This document shows, piece by piece, positions 14,589-26,569 of a DNA stretch of 64,000 nucleotides. The position numbers were made by a program, and so were the translations under genes. The notes under the pieces were generated by a model. That model saw nothing but the letters and a program-made list of their open reading frames with translations. It was not told the origin of the DNA and ran no database searches. This DNA is from Eledone cirrhosa. Taxonomy: Eukaryota. Where the stretch lies: NCBI GenBank assembly GCA_964016885.1, contig OZ024741.1, positions 72,416,001-72,480,000 on the forward strand, in the 5' to 3' direction. Every line of letters begins with the position of its first letter. The first letter of the stretch is position 1.

Positions 14589-14920
14589 ATATATTGAGTT
14601 AGAAACTCAAAATAGTCTTTTACAATTGAATATATGAGAGGGATGAACACAGATACAAGTATACATGTGTTCGAATTGCAAATGACCAAGTTAGCTAGGT
14701 TGAAAAATACTAATTTAAAACAATAAGGTTTGCCTGTCTCGATTTAAAGTAATAAATCAATAAAAATAACAAACCTATATTGGGCAATCGCCGTTTGACA
14801 CCCGGACAGATCTAAATATACATACATACATATATACATATATACATACATACATTCATATATACCTAATACATACGTGCATACATATATACATATATTC
14901 ATACATATATGCATAAATAC

Positions 14921-14944
<24 letters not shown>

Positions 14945-14951
<7 letters not shown>

Positions 14952-15120
14952 AATATACGATATTAATAAATGGAAACTATATTTATAAAACCATATTTAT
15001 TTCATTATACATATTTATTAAATTATGGTATGCCTTCATCAGACAAAATACTTGTCGAGTGCTTTATATCAGTTATAAAAATATTTACTTGTTGTATCCC
15101 AACAATTTTAAATAGAATTT
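14945..15120. mobile_element. Deleted relative of the 48974-49376 fold-back element
   Basis: Shares tacgatatt..aataaatggaaactatatttataaaacc start and atacttgtcgagtgcttt tail; keeps half HHR (rc CTGATGAAGG). Confidence 0.75.
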
Positions 15121-15121
15121 T

Positions 15122-15182
<61 letters not shown>

Positions 15183-15244
15183 TTATGCATATAGGTATGA
15201 ATATATGTATATATGTATATATATATGTATATATATATATATAG

Positions 15245-15492
15245 ATTTTGAGTATATGTTGGTTGTATACCACACCTCAGTATGCATGCTAGAGCACTCG
15301 ACGAAGTGAGCAGGTTGGTTTGGTTACTCCGGAGTAATGTAAAATAAAGTAAAATAAAAGTCAAATGTTTAAAATTTAGCTTCGTTTATTACTGCTATAT
15401 ATATTTCGGTGACAGCCATCTTTGGCTGTGACCTCTTCAGGCAGTCCGTATTAGTGTGGTATAGACAAAAACATTTGACTTTTATTTTACTT

Positions 15493-15500
<8 letters not shown>
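15245..15500 (-). mobile_element. Short fold-back element (arms ~15340-15370 / ~15468-15499) with HHR in loop
   Basis: aaaataaagtaaaataaaagtcaaatgttt and its reverse complement; TA flanks. Confidence 0.8.
15391..15445 (-). ncRNA. Type I hammerhead ribozyme, intact core
   Basis: actgc CTGAAGA GGTCACAGCCA aaga TGGCTGTCACC GAAA TATAT ATA gcagt. Confidence 0.92.
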
Positions 15501-15545
<45 letters not shown>

Positions 15546-15579
15546 TTACAATAATCAAAGTTCAGTTTAAGTCATTTAT

Positions 15580-15628
15580 TTGCTTACAATTGTTTCCTCC
15601 AAACCGAGGTTTGGATTCTTCGGAGCAA
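15580..15628 (-). ncRNA. Hammerhead ribozyme, CCGAAGA core variant
   Basis: ttgct CCGAAGA aTCCAAAC ctcg GTTTGGAg GAAA CAATT GTA agcaa. Confidence 0.8.
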
Positions 15629-15775
15629 CTATTTACTGATCTATAACATACTTGACCTCCTTTTCAACCCAAGAGACATATAAAACATATGCGCATATTG
15701 ATCAACAGTGGGGTGACATTCATCAAATGATATAGCATGGCAATTTACATATACAGGTTACAGGTTATATATATA

Positions 15776-15980
15776 TAGGAACAAGTAAGACCCCGACGGC
15801 TGAGCCCAAGCCGTTTCGACGGCTAATTCTATACTGAATATTCAGTACAGAATTAGCCCTCGAAACGGCTTGAGCTCAGCCGTCGGGGTCTTACTTGTTC
15901 CTATTACCCACTCTACTACCCTAAGTATTGAGTACTTTGGTGCGTTATGGTCCACCTGGTTCCTTACCACATTTCCTTCG

Positions 15981-15982
<2 letters not shown>
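15776..15982 (+). mobile_element. Palindromic element (arms 15776-15904, centre ~15840) plus tail; family also at 18085-18225 and 20060-20155
   Basis: taggaacaagtaagaccccgacggctgagc.. mirrored; tail tacccactctactaccctaagtattgagtactttgg shared with other copies. Confidence 0.8.
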
Positions 15983-16017
<35 letters not shown>

Positions 16018-16544
16018 CATACATTCATATATACCTAATACATACATTCATGCATACATACATACATTCATACAAACATGCATACATACATAAATACATG
16101 CACACATACACACACACACACGCACACACACACGCACACACACACACTTATGCAATGACGGTGGACATGCTGAAATTTACAAATCTATTTTAATATTTAA
16201 TATCTAATATATTTTAATATTTAATATATTCTTCTACTTAACCTTTTCACCGATTAATTCTACCATGTTCAGAAATACAGTTAAGCTATACAAATTGAAA
16301 ATTGTTCAAGGACTTTATAATGGTCTCTCTAATCTGTGCTCTTTCTCTTTCTCTCTCTCTCGTTCTCTCTCTTTCTTACTCTCCCCTCTCTCCACTCGCT
16401 CTCTCTCTTTCCCTCTCTCTCCTCTCCCCACTCTCCCTCTCTCGCTTCTCTCTCTATCTCTTTCTCCCCCTCTCTTTTTGCCCCCCCCCCACTGTCTATA
16501 TATATATGCGTGTGTGCGTGTGTAAACATTATATATTATAAATA

Positions 16545-17023
16545 CTAGCAGAAAAACCACCCGAGGGTGGTTTTTCTGCTAGCATGTGTAGTGTGTATAT
16601 TGATATTATACACAAGTATATATACATGTAGATATACATCAAATAAAATCGTAATTGATAATATATAATATATAGAAACTGAACGAAGACTGCGTTACAC
16701 TGTCTTCTGTAATCAGTAAAGTAATCCATGATACATTAAAAAAAAGACAATATTATATATAAACTGCATTAGGAGAAAATTAGCGACGGAAATATATGCG
16801 ATATGTTGTATAATATAACGGCCGCTAACCGGAAGTGTGGAAATTTGAAAATTTTAAAGAAGTGAATCTTTAAATAAGCTATAAAATATATTTAATCAAC
16901 AGCCACGAAATTATGTAATATTCATTAATTATTTATTCAAAGTAATCCAACTTATTTTACAAACAGGGTAAAAAAATATAATCTGGACGCAGTCCCGCAC
17001 TCCTTTCTTTATTGTAGTTAAGA
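16545..17023 (-). mobile_element. Probable non-autonomous Helitron
   Basis: Minus strand: A|TC start, terminal hairpin CTAGCAGAAAAACCACCC-tc-GGGTGGTTTTTCTGCTAG|T end; no TSD. Confidence 0.55.
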
Positions 17024-17069
17024 TTTAATAATATATATTCATTTCCATGCATACATACATACATGCATG

Positions 17070-17119
<50 letters not shown>

Positions 17120-17150
17120 CGTACGTATAACCTCTCTATATATACGTATA

Positions 17151-17267
<117 letters not shown>

Positions 17268-17450
17268 GAAATACGTCCCTTCACGCACAAGGCGCCAAGG
17301 TACGCATGTATTGTCCAACCAAGTGCCAGTGTGGTTCAATGGCGGGTTAATAAATTAATAAATTACCGATCGGTAAAGGTAACTATAGTAGGTAAAGTCA
17401 ATTTTTTAAAATTTATTTTGAAACTTTTTCATTATTTACTAAACCTTGTT

Positions 17451-17482
<32 letters not shown>

Positions 17483-17483
17483 A

Positions 17484-17538
<55 letters not shown>

Positions 17539-17605
17539 CAAGGTTTAGCAAATAAGAAAAAGTTTCAAAATAAATTTCAAAAAATTCACTGTACTCACTA
17601 TGGTT

Positions 17606-17692
17606 ACCTTTACCGAATCAGTTTCGAGTCTCAAAAATAAATGGACAGTCCTTGCGGCCTTCCATTGAAAAGATAAACCCTCGTCAGAAGGT
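17606..17692 (-). ncRNA. Hammerhead ribozyme with extended stem II
   Basis: acctt CTGACGA GGGTTT..AGACTC GAAA CTGATTCG GTA aaggt. Confidence 0.82.
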
Positions 17693-17745
17693 TCTTTTCA
17701 CTCGGAGAATATAAAATTCCCGAGTTCAAATTACGAACTGGCGCT

Positions 17746-18084
17746 ATTCAAAATTGTTCCCGAGATGAGAATGAATGATGTGGAAGCAATTCTGTCCAGT
17801 GCCGTGTGTAAAGATAGAAGCAGAGGCAGGGAGGTCAGTCTACTACCACTATAAATAGCAGCAGTCAAAACGACCAAATTTTTTCTCGACCAAGAGGAGA
17901 TAATAATAATAAAGTATATATCCCTACACGCAAAAAGCGTCCAGGGACACATGTATTGTACAACCATATGCCATTTAAGGTGGTAGTAGACTGACCTCCC
18001 TGCCTCTGCTTCTATCTTTACACACGGCACTGGACAGAATTGCTTCCACATCATTCATTCTAATCTCGGGAACAATTTTGAATA
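17746..18084. repeat. Fold-back element, ~100-bp arms (17746-17848 / 17981-18084)
   Basis: ttcaaaattgttcccgagat..gtcagtctactacca and reverse complement; no HHR core seen. Confidence 0.85.
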
Positions 18085-18261
18085 TATATAACGAAGGAAA
18101 TGTGGTAGGGAACCAGATGGACCATAACGCACCAAAGTACTCAATACTTAGGGTAGTAGAGTGGGTGATAGGAACGAGTAGGATTCCGACGGCTGAGCTC
18201 AAGCCGTTTCGACGGCTAATTCTGAGTCCAGAGCGTCTACAACATCAAAAGATTTTTATTG

Positions 18262-18306
18262 GCTTACAATGTTTCTTCCTTACGTAACCGTAGGATTCGT
18301 CAGAGC
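18262..18306 (-). ncRNA. Hammerhead ribozyme
   Basis: gct CTGACGA aTCCTACG gtta CGTAAGGAa GAAA CATT GTA agc, followed by AATAAA. Confidence 0.82.
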
Positions 18307-19549
18307 TATAAAAGGAGTTTGATTGGTGTTATGGACTCTACCAACCAAACATTCAAGAACAAAGAGTAAAGAGAGTACAGAGCAAAAGTAGGGGACGATA
18401 AGTCTAATTTTGGTGCGGGAGGGTGGGGTGTGGTCCTTGTTTACTAGCTGCGGTCATATTCATTCCCGGGAGTCGGGTGGTTAGCTGAACCATAGATGGG
18501 GTGGCGTCGATAGTATGGTGCAGAGGGTGCGCAGAGGCTACACAAACACAAAGGGCGTACAATATATATATATATATATATATAGCGGAGGAGAAAGTAC
18601 ATGAGGTAATTAGAAATGGAAAAAGAGTAATAATAATAATCTATAATTAATAGTGTATAATAAGGCATGGGGAAGATTACACTATAATAAGGTATAAAAG
18701 TAAGAATAAGGTAAAATATAAAGGAGGATAAGAGTGGAAATAATAAAGATAAAAAAATAAAGATAAAAAAATATATAGAGAATATATAAAGAAATATAAG
18801 CGAATATTTGGAGGGGAAAACACAATGTAAAAAAAACCGATTTTTTCAAATAATAATAAAAATATAATAATTATAGGGGGAGAAAACGGGATAGAGAAAT
18901 ATGATCAAGTGTGATTAGTTGAGAGAATATAAGATGATAATAGTTATGTCAAGTTTATACATCTTAATAATAAATAATCTGTGTATCAGAGTTGCAGAAC
19001 CTTCAATTCACTTACGGGTTCAAGCCACGTGGCATGGTCCATTGTTTATTTGTGCGGTCATGTGCGTTTGTTTTTGACACCACAGCAGATGCACAAGTTC
19101 GTAAATTCCAATGCAGATAGAAATCTATTTTTGCTCACCCGGACATTGACGGAGGATCCAATATTCCTAGTTCAATATGTGTTTGGTGTTATTTTGGTCG
19201 CACAAATCAATCACTTGGTTCAATATATGGAGTATGGTTTTCTGGTCTTCGTAACAGTGTCAGTGGTTGTATATCTGGAAATCACAAGGATCACAGTACT
19301 CCAGTTTGGTGTCATTCAGCTATGTTGTTGGTGGTTGGATTCAAATCTATTCGCCCGAACGTTGAACTTTGGTGTCGATAGGACATTAACAATATGTTAA
19401 CAACATAGAAATCACCGAGTACTCGCAGCATCACTATGGAAACGCCTTGTTGAGTCAAACTTAGCCAAGCGTTGATATCATCCACTTCTCGGAGTACCCT
19501 AACTGGATTACACCTAAGTGGACTACCTATAACAATAATCTGTTACCCC

Positions 19550-19604
<55 letters not shown>

Positions 19605-19607
<3 letters not shown>

Positions 19608-19931
19608 CACATAAGAAACGGAGAATCAGTGGTGCGACGAATTAAAATTTAATAGAGTTTGGAAACTGCTTCGAGCTTCGAAGCAGAGTTACCAAACTCT
19701 GCTTCGAAGAATCGAGACGTATCTGAGGATCTTGCGATTTCAGATTCAGGTTCGATTATCGCATCGAATATGCCTCGAGCTGGTCGCCAGAGAAACGATT
19801 GTAATATGTCTTTTACATTTTTCGTCGCACCACTGATTCTCCGTTTCTTATGTGATATTATACTCTGCTCTGTAAGAGCATCGAGTGCCCAAACGGCCTA
19901 CCGCATACGGACGCTTTAATCATCCCACACC

Positions 19932-19935
<4 letters not shown>
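19605..19935 (+). mobile_element. Fold-back element (arms ~19605-19641 / ~19821-19857) + HHR + tail
   Basis: atcacataagaaacggagaatcagtggtgcgacgaa mirrored; (TA)n both sides. Confidence 0.85.
19716..19810 (+). ncRNA. Hammerhead ribozyme, 7-bp stem I, long stem II insertion
   Basis: gacgtat CTGAGGA TCTtGCGA..TCGCcAGA GAAA CGATT GTA atatgtc. Confidence 0.88.
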
Positions 19936-19985
<50 letters not shown>

Positions 19986-20157
19986 TGCTATATATATATA
20001 TATATAAATATTCAGGACGGCTAGACCACAACTTATCTGATATATATATATGAAAAATTCGGGACCCCGACGGCTGAGCTCCTGCCGTTTGAACAGCTAG
20101 ATCCGAATTTTTCTTATTATCAACTCAACTACCCCAAGTATTGAGTATTCTGGTGAG

Positions 20158-20231
<74 letters not shown>

Positions 20232-20310
20232 ATGGAAGCAGTAAAAAACAGTTATATGTATATATACGTATATATATCACCTGGACCTTTTCACTTGTTA
20301 TGTATGTATG

Positions 20311-20347
<37 letters not shown>

Positions 20348-20419
20348 TTACAGAAAGAAGATGAAATGAGATAACGATGTTATTAGTGAAATATGAGAAA
20401 AGATAAGAGAAGATAAACG

Positions 20420-23400
20420 TGGTGATGGTGGTGGTTTGTTTGTGTTGGTGGTGATGGTTGTGGTGTTGGTTGTGCTGGTGGTGATGGTTGTGATGCTGGT
20501 TGTGATATTGGTGGTGTTTGTGGTAGTGTTGGTTGTGTTGGTGGTGGTGTTGGTGTTGTTGGTGTTGTTGGTGGTGATGGTGTTGTTGTTGGTGTTGTTG
20601 GTGGTGGTGGTGTTCTTGGTGGTGTTGTTGGTGGTGGTGGTGTTGTTGTTGGTGTTGTTGTTGGTGGTGGTGTTGTTGGTGGTGTTGTTGTTGGTGGTGG
20701 TGTTGTTGGTGGTGGTGTTGTTGGTGGTGTTGTTGGTGTTGTTGGTGTTGTTGGTGTTGTTGTTGGTGTTGTTGGTGGTGGTGGTGTTGTTGTTGGTGTT
20801 GTTGGTGTTGTTGGTGTTGTTGGTGTTGTTGTTGGTGTTGTTGGTGGTGGTGGTGTTGTTGTTGGTGTTGTTGGTGGTGGTGGTGTTGTTGTTGGTGTTG
20901 TTGGTGGTGGTGGTGTTGTTGTTGGTGTTGTTGGTGTTGTTGGTGGTGATGGTGTTGTTGTTGGTGTTGTTGGTGTTGTTGGTGGTGTTGTTGTTGGTGT
21001 TGTTGGTGGTGATGGTGTTGTTGTTGGTGTTATTGGTGTTGTTGGTGTTGGTGGTGGTGGTGTTGTTGGTGTTGTTGGTGGTGATGGTGGTGGTGTTGTT
21101 GGTGTTGTTGTTGTTGGTGGTGGTGGTGTTGTTGGTGTTGTTGGTGTTGTTGGTGTTGTTGGTGGCGGTGTTGGTGTTGTTGGTGTTGTTGGTGGTGGTG
21201 GTGTTGTTGTTGGTGTTGTTGGTGGTGGTGGTGTTGTTGTTGGTGTTGTTGGTGTTGTTGGTGTTGTTGGTGGTGGTGGTGTTGTTGGTGTTGTTGTTGG
21301 TGGTGGTGTTGTTGGTGGTGTTGGTGTTGTTGGTGGTGGTGGTGTTGTTGGTGTTGTTGTTGTTGGTGTTGTTGGTGTTGTTGGTGGTGATGGTGTTGTT
21401 GTTGGTGTTGTTGGTGGTGGTGGTGTTGTTGTTGGTGTTGTTGGTGTTGTTGGTGGTGTTGTTGTTGGTGTTGTTGGTGGTGATGGTGTTGTTGTTGGTG
21501 TTGTTGGTGTTGTTGTTGGTGTTGTTGGTGTTGTTGGTGGTGATGGTGTTGTTGTTGGTGTTGTTGGTGTTGTTGGTGGTGATGGTGTTGTTGTTGGTGT
21601 TGTTGGTGTTGTTGGTGGTGATGGTGTTGTTGGTGGTGATGGTGTTGTTGTTGGTGTTGTTGGTGTTGTTGGTGTTGTTGGTGTTGTTGGTGGTGATGGT
21701 ATTGTTGTTGGTGGTGATGGTGTTGTTGTTGGTGTTGTTGGTGGTGATGGTGTTGGTGTTGTTGGTGTTGTTGGTGGCGGTGGTGTTGTTGTTGGTGTTG
21801 TTGGTGGTGATGGTGTTGTTGTTGGTGTTGTTGGTGTTGTTGGTGTTGTTGGTGTTGTTGGTGTAGTTGTTGGTGTTGTTGGTGGTGGTGGTGTTGTTGT
21901 TGGTGTTGTTGGTGGTGGTGGTGTTGTTGGTGGTGTTGTGTTGGTGTTGTTGGTGTTGTTGTTGGTGTTGGTGTTGTTGTTGGTGTTGTTGGTGTTGTTG
22001 GTGTTGTTGGTGTTGTTGGTGGTGGTGGTGTTGTTGTTGGTGTTGTTGGGGTTGTTGGTGGTGGTGGTGTTGTTGTTGGTGTTGTTGGTGTTGTTGGTGG
22101 TGGTGGTGTTGTTGGTGTTGTTGGTGTTGTTGGTGGTGGTGGTGTTGTTGTTGGTGTTGTTGGTGTTGTTGGTGGTGGTGGTGTTGTTGTTGGTGTTGTT
22201 GGTGTTGTTGGTGGTGGTGTTGTTGTTGTTGGTGTAGTTGGTGTTGTTGGTGGTGGTGGTGTTGTTGTTGGTGTTGTTGGTGGTGGTGTTGTTGTTGTTG
22301 GTGTAGTTGGTGTTGTTGGTGGTGGTGGTGTTGTTGTTGGTGTTGTTGGTGTTGTTGGTGGTGGTGGTGTTGTTGGTGTTGTTGGTGTTGTTGGTGGTGG
22401 TGGTGTTGTTGGTGTTGTTGGTGTTGTTGGTGGTGGTGGTGTTGTTGTTGGTGTTGTTGGTGTTGTTGGTGGTGGTGGTGTTGTTGTTGGTGTTGTTGGT
22501 GTTGTTGGTGGTGGTGTTGTTGTTGTTGGTGTAGTTGGTGTTGTTGGTGGTGGTGGTGTTGTTGTTGTTGTTGTTGGTGTTGTTGGTGGTGGTGGTGTTG
22601 TTGTTGGTGTTGTTGGTGTTGTTGGTGGTGGTGGTGTTGTTGTTGGTGTTGTTGGTGTTGTTGGTGGTGGTGGTGTTGTTGTTGGTGTTGTTGGTGTTGT
22701 TGGTGGTGGTGGTGTTGTTGTTGGTGTTGTTGGTGTTGTTGGTGGTGGTGGAGTTGTTGTTGGTGTTGTTGGTGTTGTTGGTGGTGGTGTTGTTGTTGTT
22801 GGTGTAGTTGGTGTTGTTGGTGTTGTTGGTGTTGTTGGTGGTGGTGTTGTTGTTGTTGGTGTAGTTGGTGTTGTTGGTGTTGTTGTTGGTGTTGTTGGTG
22901 TTGTTGGTGGTGGTGGTGTTGTTGTTGGTTTTGTTGGTGTTGTTGGTGGTGATGGTGTTGTTGGTGTTGTTGGTGTTGTTGTTGTTGGTGATGGTGTTGT
23001 TGGTGTTGTTGGTGTTGTTGGTGGTGGTGGTGTTGTTGTTGGTGTTGTTGGTGTTGTTGTTGGTGGTGGTGGTGTTGTTGGTGTTGTTGGTGTTGTTGTT
23101 GGTGGTGGTGGTGTTGTTGGTGTTGTTGGTGTTGTTGGTGGTGATGGTGTTGTTATTGGTGTTGTTGGTGTTGTTGTTGGTGGTGGTGTTGTTGTTGGTG
23201 TTGTTGGTGTTGTTGGTGGTGTTGTTGGTGTTGTTGTTGGCGGTGGTGTTGTTGTTGGTGTTGTTGGTGTTGTTGTTGGTGGTGGTGTTGTTGGTGTTGT
23301 TGGTGTTGTTGGTGTTGTTGGTGGCGGTGTTGGTGTTGTTGGTGTTGTTGGTGGTGGTGGTGTTGTTGTTGGTGTTGTTGGTGGTGGTGGTGTTGTTGTT

Positions 23401-25740
23401 GGTGTTGTTGGTGTTGTTGGTGTTGTTGGTGGTGGTGGTGTTGTTGGTGTTGTTGTTGGTGGTGGTGTTGTTGGTGGTGTTGGTGTTGTTGGTGGTGGTG
23501 GTGTTGTTGGTGTTGTTGTTGTTGGTGTTGTTGGTGTTGTTGGTGGTGATGGTGTTGTTGTTGGTGTTGTTGGTGGTGGTGGTGTTGTTGTTGGTGTTGT
23601 TGGTGTTGTTGGTGGTGTTGTTGTTGGTGTTGTTGGTGGTGATGGTGTTGTTGTTGGTGTTGTTGGTGTTGTTGTTGGTGTTGTTGGTGTTGTTGGTGGT
23701 GATGGTGTTGTTGTTGGTGTTGTTGGTGTTGTTGGTGGTGATGGTGTTGTTGGTGGTGATGGTGTTGTTGTTGGTGTTGTTGGTGTTGTTGGTGTTGTTG
23801 GTGTTGTTGGTGGTGATGGTATTGTTGTTGGTGGTGATGGTGTTGTTGTTGGTGTTGTTGGTGGTGATGGTGTTGGTGTTGTTGGTGTTGTTGGTGGCGG
23901 TGGTGTTGTTGTTGGTGTTGTTGGTGGTGATGGTGTTGTTGTTGGTGTTGTTGGTGTTGTTGGTGTTGTTGGTGTTGTTGGTGTAGTTGTTGGTGTTGTT
24001 GGTGGTGGTGGTGTTGTTGTTGGTGTTGTTGGTGGTGGTGGTGTTGTTGGTGGTGTTGTGTTGGTGTTGTTGGTGTTGTTGTTGGTGGTGGTGTTGTTGT
24101 TGGTGTTGTTGGTGTTGTTGGTGTTGTTGGTGTTGTTGGTGGTGGTGGTGTTGTTGTTGGTGTTGTTGGGGTTGTTGGTGGTGGTGGTGTTGTTGTTGGT
24201 GTTGTTGGTGTTGTTGGTGGTGGTGGTGTTGTTGGTGTTGTTGGTGTTGTTGGTGGTGGTGGTGTTGTTGTTGGTGTTGTTGGTGTTGTTGGTGGTGGTG
24301 GTGTTGTTGTTGGTGTTGTTGGTGTTGTTGGTGGTGGTGTTGTTGTTGTTGGTGTAGTTGGTGTTGTTGGTGGTGGTGGTGTTGTTGTTGGTGTTGTTGG
24401 TGGTGGTGTTGTTGTTGTTGGTGTAGTTGGTGTTGTTGGTGGTGGTGGTGTTGTTGTTGGTGTTGTTGGTGTTGTTGGTGGTGGTGGTGTTGTTGGTGTT
24501 GTTGGTGTTGTTGGTGGTGGTGGTGTTGTTGTTGGTGTTGTTGGTGTTGTTGGTGGTGGTGGTGTTGTTGTTGGTGTTGTTGGTGTTGTTGGTGGTGGTG
24601 TTGTTGTTGTTGGTGTAGTTGGTGTTGTTGGTGGTGGTGGTGTTGTTGTTGTTGTTGTTGGTGTTGTTGGTGGTGGTGGTGTTGTTGTTGGTGTTGTTGG
24701 TGTTGTTGGTGGTGGTGGTGTTGTTGTTGGTGTTGTTGGTGTTGTTGGTGGTGGTGGTGTTGTTGTTGGTGTTGTTGGTGTTGTTGGTGGTGGTGGTGTT
24801 GTTGTTGGTGTTGTTGGTGTTGTTGGTGGTGGTGGAGTTGTTGTTGGTGTTGTTGGTGTTGTTGGTGGTGGTGTTGTTGTTGTTGGTGTAGTTGGTGTTG
24901 TTGGTGTTGTTGGTGTTGTTGGTGGTGGTGTTGTTGTTGTTGGTGTAGTTGGTGTTGTTGGTGTTGTTGTTGGTGTTGTTGGTGTTGTTGGTGGTGGTGG
25001 TGTTGTTGTTGGTGTTGTTGGTGTTGTTGGTGGTGGTGGTGTTGTTGTTGGTTTTGTTGGTGTTGTTGGTGGTGATGGTGTTGTTGGTGTTGTTGGTGTT
25101 GTTGTTGTTGGTGGTGGTGTTGTTGGTGTTGTTGGTGTTGTTGGTGGTGGTGGTGTTGTTGTTGGTGTTGTTGGTGTTGTTGTTGGTGGTGGTGGTGTTG
25201 TTGGTGTTGTTGGTGTTGTTGTTGGTGGTGGTGGTGTTGTTGGTGTTGTTGGTGTTGTTGGTGGTGATGGTGTTGTTATTGGTGTTGTTGGTGTTGTTGT
25301 TGGTGGTGGTGTTGTTGTTGGTGTTGTTGGTGTTGTTGGTGGTGTTGTTGGTGTTGTTGTTGGCGGTGGTGTTGTTGTTGGTGTTGTTGGTGTTGTTTGT
25401 GGTGGTGGTGTTGTTGTTGGTGTTGTTGGTGGTGATGGTTTTGTTGGTGTTGTTGGTGGTGTTGGTGTTGTTGATGATGTTGTAGGTGTTGTTGGTGATG
25501 GTGGTGGTGGTGGTGTTGTTGGTGGTGTTGGTGATGTTGTAGGTGTTGTTGGTGATGGTGGTGGTGGTGTTTATTGTGTTGGTAGTGATGTTCTTGGTGT
25601 TGTTTTTGGTGTTGGTGGTGTTGGTTGTATTGGAGGTGAAGGTCGTGATGTTGTTGTTGGTGGTGGTGGTGGTGGTGGTGGTGGTATTTATTGTGTTGGT
25701 CGCCATGTTGGCGTTGTTGGTGTTGGTTGTGTTGGTGGCG
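20420..25740. repeat. (GTT/GGT)n compound trinucleotide array
   Basis: Direct reading. Confidence 0.97.
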
Positions 25741-26252
25741 TCGTGTGTAATGGTGATGGTGTTAATGATACTAGTGAAGATGGTGCTAATGATGGTGATG
25801 GAGATGGTTATAGTAGTAGCTTTGCTGATGGTGATGATGGCGTGGGGGCTGGTAGTATTGGAAGCGATGTAGATGATGTTGCAGAGGATGATGATGATGT
25901 TGATAGTGGTGGTATGTTGTTTAGTCCTACGTCAGCCTTGATTAAGCAAACGTATGTTCAAAAGTATTCCGGCCATGGCTATCCCATCTTTGATATGGAT
26001 ATAAAGGAACATTACATATCATATTTTTTTATATATAAGACGTACATCGTGATTTTAAGATTTGGTTGATATTTCTAGCAACGTGGCTTCCTCTTTGCAG
26101 TGTTATTAATAGTGGTGATGGGGGTGGTGGTGATGTTGGTAACGACTGTGGAAGTGGTGTAAGCATATGTGTGTATGCATGTGTATGTGCGTGCATGTGT
26201 GTGTGCGTGTGTGTATGTGTGTGTGTGTGTGTGTGTGCGTGCGTGTGTGTGC

Positions 26253-26376
<124 letters not shown>

Positions 26377-26569
26377 CAGAGATGTAACGATTATACGGAG
26401 TCTTCTTGCTTTGTTCTCAACTGGATGGCTTAAGGCATCTAGTGTTTGTGGGACACAGTAGAGAGAGAAGGGTGGAAATGAGAGAGAGAGGGTCAGAAGA
26501 CGGGGAGTTGTGAGAAGGATTGGGAGAGGTGATGTGGCAGGGAGAACGTTTGATAGCAGAGATGGTGGT

